34,661 bases of DNA, taken from sequence record DRR723986_1409. The stretch is one strand, 5' to 3'. The position numbers and the translations under genes were made by a program. A model generated the notes under the pieces. That model was not told where the DNA came from, searched no databases, and saw nothing but the letters and a program-made list of their open reading frames with translations. Positions 17,157 to 25,000 of the stretch are shown here, piece after piece; position 1 is the stretch's first letter; every line of letters begins with the position of its first letter.

Positions 17157-17615
17157 TCCTGGAAGCGATAAGTGCCCATGAGAGTGGTTTTTCAATGGCG
17201 GCGCGTGCCATATTGACCGTGCGGCCACAAATCCACTCGTCATTCTCGGCGTCCGCGACCGGTCGGCGGAACCGTTCGCCTTTGCAGCTTTCGGCACGGG
17301 CACGCAAATGGGTCGATTATTCCATGCAAATGGTGCAATCCAACACCGGAGTTGAGACCTACCATCTGCACCTGCCTTCACCGCTTCCCCAAGCTGGCAC
17401 TGAACCGAAGAAATTGGTAGCCACAGTATAGGATTGGCAACGGTGAGCCGCCTCAGATACTGCATGAATGCTCACCCACCTGGTCTTGACTTCACGAAGT
17501 CATCGCCCCGACCAATAATCCAACGCGGTGAGACGAGGGGCGATCTTGAGTTGAACCTATTATGTTAAAGGAGTTCAGTAACTCATTGAAGATAGAAGTA
17601 AACTCGTCCAACCCA

Positions 17616-18641
17616 TCACGGGGCCAACCGTTTCGCCCTCTCCGCTATCCGCACCACTTGCGCGCTCGCGGTCGCCGCAGCGCTCCGCACAACCACAGGC
17701 GCCTGCACCGCACCTCGTCCGATCGCTTCGCCTGTCGTGAGTGCACCGATCCTCGCCCGGCCCTTGACGCCGTCCGTATTGAAGACTCCCCGCATGATCC
17801 CGAATGATCCAGCGACCACAGCGGGTGCCGCAGCCACCATCAGATTCCCCGAGATCCCACGTACGATCAGCGGCGTCGCCGCAACGAAACCCTTGGCCAG
17901 GAACACCATCACGAAGAACGGCACCAGCGAGCCGATGTTGGTGGCCGAGTTCGGGTCACCGAGCTGGGCCAGAAGCGAGTTCGCCATGCCGACGACGGTC
18001 GAGAACATGGCGGCGATGACGATGGGGTAGAAGGCGTAGCTGATCGTCGTCGAGACCCATCTGTGGAAGAAATCCTTGGTCGCATCGAAGAGCGACAAAG
18101 CGATCATGATCGGAGCAAGGCCGAGCATCAGCGTCAGCATCATCTTGGCGAAGATGAGGACGATGCCGGTCATGAAGCCAAGAAGGCTCAGGAGCACCAG
18201 ACCGATGCCGCCGAGGATCGCGCCAGTCATCCAGTTCAGGTTGTTACCGATCGCGTTCAGGTACTGGCTGAACTCCGTGATGAGATCATCGAACTCGGCG
18301 GCAAAGTACGTTGCCCCTGCCCCGCCGCCACCGACCGAGGAGATCAGAGCCCCGGCGATGTAGTCGAGCCCGCCGATCACGGCATTGGCCACAGCGTTGA
18401 AGTTGGCCCAGTTGAAGGCAAAGAGCCCTATCAACATCAGCTTTATCAGGTACCAGAAGAAGCTGGCCCCATCCATGCTTCGGAACTGGAAGGCCATGTT
18501 GATACAAACGCCGATCAGCGAAAGCGTGACCATCAGCAGGACGATCGTGCCGGTATTGCTCGCCACAGCCCCGAACTGGGACTCGGCGGCATCGGCAAGG
18601 AAGCCGTCGGCGGTTCCAACCATCCAGCTGACGATGCTCAT
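17616..18641 (-). CDS. virB6: T4SS inner-membrane protein VirB6/TrbL
   Basis: Polytopic membrane protein with LAPIMIALSLFDATKDFFHRW. Start overlaps the upstream stop. Confidence 0.88.
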   Translation of the reverse strand: MSIVSWMVGTADGFLADAAESQFGAVASNTGTIVLLMVTLSLIGVCINMAFQFRSMDGASFFWYLIKLMLIGLFAFNWANFNAVANAVIGGLDYIAGALISSVGGGGAGATYFAAEFDDLITEFSQYLNAIGNNLNWMTGAILGGIGLVLLSLLGFMTGIVLIFAKMMLTLMLGLAPIMIALSLFDATKDFFHRWVSTTISYAFYPIVIAAMFSTVVGMANSLLAQLGDPNSATNIGSLVPFFVMVFLAKGFVAATPLIVRGISGNLMVAAAPAVVAGSFGIMRGVFNTDGVKGRARIGALTTGEAIGRGAVQAPVVVRSAAATASAQVVRIAERAKRLAP

Positions 18642-19060
18642 TACCAGTTGCCTTGCGCTTCGCAGATATCCTGGACGTCGCGGGCGATCTGGTTCTGCTC
18701 GTTGCGAATGGCCAGCCGCGCTTGAGTATGCTCGGCCTGCGTGCTTGTTGCGAACCGTTCCTCGTACTCGGCGGAGGCTGCATCCCATGACGGGAAGCGG
18801 ACATCACAGCCGCAGTCGCCAGTTTCCTGGATCGCCTCCCATGACCGCAGCTCGTAGAGCCGCATCAACGTCAGCGCCTTGTAGGCCTCACGCGGGTGAG
18901 CCTCGTCCATCCAGGTCGGGCGAGCGGGCCGGTCGTTGCAGATCCGGTATTGCTGGGGCGACATGGTCACGGTGAGATCGTTCGTCACCTGAGGCGCGGT
19001 CTGGGCCGCGAGGGGCGCGGCCAGCAGGGTGACAGCGGCGGTGAGGGTGATCTTGCGCAT
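18641..19060 (-). CDS. Secreted 4-Cys hypothetical protein inside the virB operon
   Basis: MRKITLTAAVTLLAAPLAA|Q signal; C, CGC and C residues; translationally coupled to virB6. Confidence 0.8.
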   Translation of the reverse strand: MRKITLTAAVTLLAAPLAAQTAPQVTNDLTVTMSPQQYRICNDRPARPTWMDEAHPREAYKALTLMRLYELRSWEAIQETGDCGCDVRFPSWDAASAEYEERFATSTQAEHTQARLAIRNEQNQIARDVQDICEAQGNW

Positions 19061-19077
19061 GGGGATTTCCTTTCGGT

Positions 19078-20112
19078 TCATTCGGCCGCGACCGTGGGGC
19101 GCTCGGCACCCCCGGCTGGACCCGTGTTCTGGTCTGGATGTCTCGCCTGCCCCGGCAGGAAGAACTCGGTGATGCCGCGGGCGCCATTATGACGGCCGGC
19201 CTGAATGATCACGTCGATGGAGCCCTCGATGTAGTCCACCATATCGGCATGGGTCATCGGCACATCGGTCTTGAGCGCGGCAATGGCGAGGCGACGGACG
19301 GCGAGTTGCGGTGTTTCGGCATGCAGCGTGGTGAGCGAGCCGCCATGGCCGGTGTTGATCGCCTCAAGGAAGGTCATGGCCTCGCGACCACGGACCTCGC
19401 CCAGCACGATCCGATCAGGCCGCATCCGCAGGGTCGAGGCCAGAAGCACATCCGCGCTGCGGGCGTCGGTATCCCGGTCGGCGATCAGCGTTACGGCATT
19501 CGGCTGTTCGGGGCGCAGTTCGGCTGCCTCCTCAATGGTGATGATCCGCTCCTCGGGTGGGATCAGCGAGAGGATCTTGCGCGCCGCGACCGTCTTGCCG
19601 GTCGAGGTGCCCCCCGAGACGATCATGTTGAGCTTGTTCTCGACGCAGAACCGCAGGGATGCACCGATGTCGCCGGAAGCCACCACATCGCGCAGGGCGG
19701 CATTCCGTTCGCGGCGCAGGCCTTCGAGGCTGCGCTCCTTGCCATAGAGAAACCCGAGCTTGATCACCTCCAGCGGCAGGGAGGAGAAGAACCGTAGCGA
19801 GATGGAAAACCCACCTTCAACGGCGGGAGGCTGGATCACCTGCGCCCGGATCGGACGATCCCGATAGAGGATCGAGACCGAGACGATGGGCTTCTTGGTG
19901 CTGAGCATGGTTGAGGCGGCCGAGGCGATCTGGTTGCCGAGGTCCTTGATCTCGGTCTGGCTGAGCGGGGTGCCGAGACCTCGCATGAAATGATCGCCCT
20001 GGAACTCGCCCCAGACCTGTCCGTCGGGGTTGATGCAGATCTCGATCGTGTCGTCCCATTGCACGGGGGCACCAAGCCGGTCGAGCGAAGCTTCGAGATA
20101 GCTCGCTGCCAT
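19078..20112 (-). CDS. virB11: T4SS ATPase VirB11
   Basis: GGTSTGKT, ITIEEAAEL, LRMRPDRIVLGEVRG and NTGHGGSLTTLHA motifs. Confidence 0.95.
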   Translation of the reverse strand: MAASYLEASLDRLGAPVQWDDTIEICINPDGQVWGEFQGDHFMRGLGTPLSQTEIKDLGNQIASAASTMLSTKKPIVSVSILYRDRPIRAQVIQPPAVEGGFSISLRFFSSLPLEVIKLGFLYGKERSLEGLRRERNAALRDVVASGDIGASLRFCVENKLNMIVSGGTSTGKTVAARKILSLIPPEERIITIEEAAELRPEQPNAVTLIADRDTDARSADVLLASTLRMRPDRIVLGEVRGREAMTFLEAINTGHGGSLTTLHAETPQLAVRRLAIAALKTDVPMTHADMVDYIEGSIDVIIQAGRHNGARGITEFFLPGQARHPDQNTGPAGGAERPTVAAE

Positions 20113-20113
20113 G

Positions 20114-21439
20114 TCAGAAGATCTCCAGGTCGCGGTCGACCATGACGGTGATCCGGGTGCCCTGATCGACATGGATCACGGGCCGGATCGCGAGATAGTC
20201 CTGCATCACGCTTTGGGTGCTGTCGCGCAGGTCCGTGCCCACGTCACTTGCGATATCGGCCGCAGCCTCATCCTCAATCTGACCTGCAGCTGCGGCAGGA
20301 AGAGCCCCGATCAGCGAGATCAGCGCGGCCGAGCCGAAACGCTGTGCGAAGCGGGTATCGACGAAGCCGGTGGTGCCGGTGCGACCGAGCTCGTCTCCGC
20401 CAAAGGCGCTGATCTCCACGGTCTGGTTGTCGGGCAGGATGATGCGATCCCAGGCCACCATGACCCGCGATTGCGCGAGCGCCACATCGGAGCGGTAGCG
20501 CCCCACGAGACGCGCGCCGCGCGGGATGAGGACCCGCGTGCCGTCGAATGAATGAACGTCCTCGGAGACGATCGCGCGGATCGCGCCGGGCAGCGTGCTG
20601 TCGAGCGCTGTTTCCGTCACGGCCTGGATCATCGTGCCTTGCACGACGGTGTTGCCGGGGTTCACGATCACTTCGGCCCGCGTCACCGGGGCGGGTCTTG
20701 CGCCAGCGCGCACGAAGGCTTCGTCTTCATTCAGGCGCGCGGCCTCGAGGCTGTTCTCTCGGTCGGTCCCTGCCGCCATCCCGGAAAACGCGATCATGGG
20801 CGAGGCGATGCGTTCGGCCCGCGCCTCGGCCTCCGCGATGCGGCGGCGCTCGAGTTCGGCAAGCCGTAACTCCTCCTCGTTCGGCCCGAGGTCCGTGGGC
20901 GCAGGCGGGGTCAGCCGTGCAACTTCAAGGTCCATGCGCAGCTGGTCGAGTTCCCGGTCGCGTTCGGTCAATTGCCGCTCGAGTGCGCGCTGCGCCTCAG
21001 ACGAGGCTTCCTGCAGCGCCGCGATCTGCGCCGTGAGATCGGCGATGGCCTGCTCCGCGCCGCTGTCCGAGGCCTCGACGGGCCGTGCGCGCAGGTCTTC
21101 GAGTTCCGCGCGCAGCGTTGCGAGGCTCTCCATCAGCGCCAGTTCCGACGCGGAGGGGCCGGTCTCGGCCGGTGGCGGCGGTGCAGGCTCGACCACGGGC
21201 ATGGGTGCGAGGTCGCCGAAGCCCGATCCGGCGGTCTGGAACTCTTCCGGGGCTGCGGTCGGCAGTGGGGCTTCCGGCGATGGCTGTAGGGCGGCCCAGG
21301 CCAGCCCGCCCACGGCCACGATCCCGGCCACACCGAGGATGGCGGCCAGCGGGGAGGGCCGTGCGGCACCGCGCTTCTTGTCGCCCGTCGATTCAAGCGC
21401 CGCGAGACGCGCGGCGAGGTCTTCGGTGTCCTGGCTCAT
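20114..21439 (-). CDS. virB10: T4SS core protein VirB10/TrbI
   Basis: TM segment, Pro-rich and coiled linker, GTMIQAVTETALDSTLPG, RFGSAALIS and VDRDLEI. Confidence 0.93.
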   Translation of the reverse strand: MSQDTEDLAARLAALESTGDKKRGAARPSPLAAILGVAGIVAVGGLAWAALQPSPEAPLPTAAPEEFQTAGSGFGDLAPMPVVEPAPPPPAETGPSASELALMESLATLRAELEDLRARPVEASDSGAEQAIADLTAQIAALQEASSEAQRALERQLTERDRELDQLRMDLEVARLTPPAPTDLGPNEEELRLAELERRRIAEAEARAERIASPMIAFSGMAAGTDRENSLEAARLNEDEAFVRAGARPAPVTRAEVIVNPGNTVVQGTMIQAVTETALDSTLPGAIRAIVSEDVHSFDGTRVLIPRGARLVGRYRSDVALAQSRVMVAWDRIILPDNQTVEISAFGGDELGRTGTTGFVDTRFAQRFGSAALISLIGALPAAAAGQIEDEAAADIASDVGTDLRDSTQSVMQDYLAIRPVIHVDQGTRITVMVDRDLEIF

Positions 21440-22149
21440 GACGTCGGTCCGCCCATATCCTGAACACAGACCTCGTCTTCCCCGAGGCGCAGGACCCATT
21501 GCCGGTTCACACCCGAGACCCGGATCACACCGTCCTCGAGTGCCGTGCTGTTCACCGCCCGCTCGCCGCCATTGGCATAGCGAAAGATCGCCGGGACCGG
21601 CGCGTTCCGCGCAAAGCGGAAATACGTGAAGGTGCCGTCATCCCAGATAGCCGTCGGCGTGAACTCCTCGCTTGCGCTGACGGCGTAGTTGGCATTCGGC
21701 GCATCAGCCGCGACGGCCCGAGCCGGTTGAACGCGACTCTCGGGATAGCGGAACTGCACGACGTAATGCGGAGTCTCGCGCGCCTCGACCACGTGGAAAT
21801 AGTAGGAGCGGCGGTTCGTGTAGACCGTGATGTTGGTGGCCACCCCCGAGGCGGCGGGTTTGATGGCGAAGGCACGCCCGCCCGGCACGCCGTCGAACTG
21901 GAAGCCGACCGTGTCACCCGCGATGATCGAGCGGATGGTCTCGCCCTCGCCGAACTCGACGGTGGTGACGCGGGTCAGAGTGGTGACGACGCGGTAGACC
22001 TGCCCCTCGGTCCAGGTGGCGATCCGGACGCGGTTGTCATGGGGACCGGGGCGCGGCGTGGTCTCGGCCAGAGCTGCGGGCGCCATGAGCGCCAACGCAC
22101 CGGCGACGAGAAGGGCGTGAACGGATGTGAGAACGGGAACAGAGGTCAT
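21436..22149 (-). CDS. virB9: T4SS core protein VirB9/TrbG
   Basis: Signal peptide, DNRVR, TNITVYTNRRSY, WDDGTFTYF and LRLG motifs. Confidence 0.93.
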   Translation of the reverse strand: MTSVPVLTSVHALLVAGALALMAPAALAETTPRPGPHDNRVRIATWTEGQVYRVVTTLTRVTTVEFGEGETIRSIIAGDTVGFQFDGVPGGRAFAIKPAASGVATNITVYTNRRSYYFHVVEARETPHYVVQFRYPESRVQPARAVAADAPNANYAVSASEEFTPTAIWDDGTFTYFRFARNAPVPAIFRYANGGERAVNSTALEDGVIRVSGVNRQWVLRLGEDEVCVQDMGGPTS

Positions 22150-22811
22150 TCGGAACGGTCCGATCGGATGGCATATTGGGTGACGGTGAAGCCGAAGGGG
22201 TTCTGCCAGACATCGTCGATCGAGCGGGTCCGTTCGGGCTGAAAAGCGAACATCAGCGTCGCGGTGAAGGATCCGTCCTGAGCCCCTTGCGGGCTGGTCA
22301 GGCGCTTTCTGAGACGCACCTGCGCGCGGTTCTCGCCGATCAGCGTGATCGAGGCGATCTCGACCGCCATCTCAGCTGCGGGGCCGTAGCGGGTCGGCGG
22401 ATAGCTCTCCTGCCCCGAGGTCCACATGGCGCGCATGCTGGCCTCGGCCGCCCCGGTGGATTGCGCCAGCACCCGGCGCACGCGCAAATCATTGTCGAGC
22501 TGGTTGTAGGCCTCGCGGTCGAGGATGTAGCGGTAGATCTGCGCCTCGATGATGGCGGGCCGCTCGGCAAGCCGCACCGTTTCGACCGTGGCATTGGGCA
22601 GCGCGAGACCCGTCGCGGGGTCATAGGGCACGACAACAGGCGGGGGCGTCTCGACCATCATGGCGACGGCCGCGGCCGCAAGGCAGCCCAAGACGCCGAA
22701 ACCCGCCCCGCCAAGGCCGATCATCCGCCAGAGGTGTTCCCGGCGCAGCGCGCCATGGATCAGTTCCTCTTCCACGAGTTCGCGCGCACTCACCCTCAAT
22801 GCCCCGCTCAT
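22146..22811 (-). CDS. virB8: T4SS protein VirB8
   Basis: Single TM, YILDREAY and C-terminal NPFGFTVTQY. Confidence 0.92.
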   Translation of the reverse strand: MSGALRVSARELVEEELIHGALRREHLWRMIGLGGAGFGVLGCLAAAAVAMMVETPPPVVVPYDPATGLALPNATVETVRLAERPAIIEAQIYRYILDREAYNQLDNDLRVRRVLAQSTGAAEASMRAMWTSGQESYPPTRYGPAAEMAVEIASITLIGENRAQVRLRKRLTSPQGAQDGSFTATLMFAFQPERTRSIDDVWQNPFGFTVTQYAIRSDRSE

Positions 22812-23605
22812 GGTTGAAGCTCCGGCAAAGTGAAGTCCATGTAGCGCTGTTCTTCAGCTATGGTTGCGGCATCGACGAGACCGGTATTGCCCCGGCCAAG
22901 AGTCTGGATGGCTTCAAGCTCCCACATGCGCGTGAGGGCGATGGCAAGCTCCGCCGTCACGCGGGTGTTGTGGTCCATGGACGCCTTCAGATCTTCCATA
23001 TCCGGGATCATTTCGACCAGACGTTCGACGCGCTCAAGAGATTGTTCCGCCTCTGCGTGGCTGTTCTGCGCCGCTGCCGACATCACGGCACCCGTGGTTG
23101 CCCGCGTGGCGACACCTTCCGCGCCCGGATTACCGCTGGTGGCGATTTCGCGTAGTGAATCTTCGTCAAACCCGGCACTTGCCAGAGCCTGTTCCATCTG
23201 CGAGCGCATCGGCCCGGCATTTGGCCCGATCAGAGCACTCCAATCGCCCGCCTGGATCCCTCGGATCAGGTCGGGAATGTCGGCCAGATCGGTTTCGAGC
23301 AGGTTGTCGAGATCACCGCCCATGGCGAGGCCGAGGATGCTACGCGGCCCGGTGAGGGAGGCATACATCTCGTTTAACTGCTGGAGCTGGCCTTGCAGCG
23401 TCTCAAGCTGCGCAAGCGCATTGTCCAGAAGGTCGGTCTGAATCCCGAAATCCTGCAGCATCTGCTGAAGCTGGCGAATTTCCTGGGCAATGTTCTGGGT
23501 GTCCACCGTGGGCACACCCTGTGCCGCGGCAGGTCCGGTGACATTGAGGGCAAGCGCGAGAGCGATGCTACCGGCGAAAAGGGAACGGGGCGGGCGCAGG
23601 TTCAA
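22808..23605 (-). CDS. virB5: VirB5-like minor pilin
   Basis: AGGAGG RBS and TTG start, signal then AQGVPTVD, helical Gln-rich body, DLKASMDHNTRVTAE. Confidence 0.85.
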   Translation of the reverse strand: MNLRPPRSLFAGSIALALALNVTGPAAAQGVPTVDTQNIAQEIRQLQQMLQDFGIQTDLLDNALAQLETLQGQLQQLNEMYASLTGPRSILGLAMGGDLDNLLETDLADIPDLIRGIQAGDWSALIGPNAGPMRSQMEQALASAGFDEDSLREIATSGNPGAEGVATRATTGAVMSAAAQNSHAEAEQSLERVERLVEMIPDMEDLKASMDHNTRVTAELAIALTRMWELEAIQTLGRGNTGLVDAATIAEEQRYMDFTLPELQP

Positions 23606-24780
23606 CGCAAATCCTCCTGACTGAAATCCATGTATTGCCGCTCCGCGGCTTGAGCCGCGGCCAAGGCGATTTGCTCGGCGCTGAGTGGCTCGATTTGGGC
23701 GGCCCTGATCCGGGTCCGGATTGCGACCAGCCGGGCAAGCTCGGCCCGGGCATAGGTGTTGAGTGCGATGGCCTCGTGCAGGTCTTCGGTTTCGCCAATG
23801 CGGGTGATGATGTCCTGAACGCGCAAGGCTGCCGCCCGGACCGAGATCAGCGAATAGTCGCCGTAGACACCCGCCCCATGGGCCGAGAGGCTGAAGCTTG
23901 CGTTGGCGAGGAGCACAGGGTCGATGGTTCCGAGGGCATCGATCCCGCCGACGGCGGCGAGGTAGCTATTGTACTGCTGCGGGATGACAACGACGTAATG
24001 CTGGGTTTCCGCAAAGGGCGGGACGCCGCCGTAGTTCTGAACGTTGCCCGGGCCTGCGTTGTAAGCGGCGAGCGCGTGGATGATGTTGCCATCGAACATG
24101 TTCAGCATCTGCGCGAGGTACCGCGCGCCGCCGGTGACCTGCAGCCAGGGGTCGTCATAATAGGCCGGATAGATCCCGAGATCGCCCGCGGTGCCGGGCA
24201 TGATTTGCGTGAGGCCAAACGCCCCCACGGGAGAGCGCGCGCCGATTTGGAAGCGACTTTCTTGCCAGATCAGCGCCTGCAGAAGGCAGCGCCACTGAAC
24301 AAGCGAAAGGCCCGCACGGCTCACACCCGGCAAGCTATGGGTATGACGCGCAGCGCGGATGATCAGCTCCTCAACCCCTTCCCGGGCATCGCCGAACATT
24401 CGCGCTGCCGCCGGGTTGTTGTCCTCCGGCGCATAGAGGCTGGCGGCCGCGCTTTCGACGTCACCGACAGATCCTCGCACCGCCCCCTGCCCCGCCTCGA
24501 GCCCCGCAACGGTTCCCGCGACATCGCCGGAGCCGAGGGACATGGCATCCATCAGCCCCTCTAGCGAGGCGAGTTGCTGGCGTTCGATCTCGGCCAGCTC
24601 CTCCTCGTGGGTCAGCCGGTCCTGTTGCAGCGCCAGATCCCGGTCGGTCTGCTCGAGGATCGCCTGCCGCTCTGCGAAGAGGCGCAGGTCGAAGGTCGGC
24701 ACTCCTTGAGCGCTGGCTGGTCCCACCGTGGCACCTGCCAGTGCAAGACTGACCATCGAGAGGGGGAACCAGGTCCGCAT
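23602..24780 (-). CDS. VirB5-like protein with an inserted lytic transglycosylase (SLT) domain
   Basis: AQGVPTFD N-terminus, central QESRF…GAFGLTQIMPGTA…ALAAYNAG, and C-terminal EDLHEAIALNTYARAE…YMDF paralogous to the adjacent VirB5. Confidence 0.85.
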   Translation of the reverse strand: MRTWFPLSMVSLALAGATVGPASAQGVPTFDLRLFAERQAILEQTDRDLALQQDRLTHEEELAEIERQQLASLEGLMDAMSLGSGDVAGTVAGLEAGQGAVRGSVGDVESAAASLYAPEDNNPAAARMFGDAREGVEELIIRAARHTHSLPGVSRAGLSLVQWRCLLQALIWQESRFQIGARSPVGAFGLTQIMPGTAGDLGIYPAYYDDPWLQVTGGARYLAQMLNMFDGNIIHALAAYNAGPGNVQNYGGVPPFAETQHYVVVIPQQYNSYLAAVGGIDALGTIDPVLLANASFSLSAHGAGVYGDYSLISVRAAALRVQDIITRIGETEDLHEAIALNTYARAELARLVAIRTRIRAAQIEPLSAEQIALAAAQAAERQYMDFSQEDLR

Positions 24781-24784
24781 CGGC

Positions 24785-25000
24785 TTAGCCGCCCGCCGCC
24801 AGCATCACGAAATCGCACGCCGTGTCGCGGCGCGTGACTTCTGCCCCCATCGTCGAGATCGTGGCCGTGGCATTTCCCGCCTGTGCGGGCGCATCGCGGA
24901 AGTTGAAGCAGTTGGCCTGCGCGGGATTGTGCTGCGCACAGGCTGTCAGGGTCAGACCGAGGCCAAGCAGCACGACGCTGCGGGTGATGGTACGGGTCAT
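24785..25000 (-). CDS. virB7: Small lipoprotein, VirB7-like
   Basis: 71 aa with lipobox LTAC, inside the virB operon. Confidence 0.6.
   Translation of the reverse strand: MTRTITRSVVLLGLGLTLTACAQHNPAQANCFNFRDAPAQAGNATATISTMGAEVTRRDTACDFVMLAAGG

Noticed and set aside
17160-17540. Small ORFs downstream of dctM
   Set aside because: No recognisable family or translation signals; treated as junction DNA.
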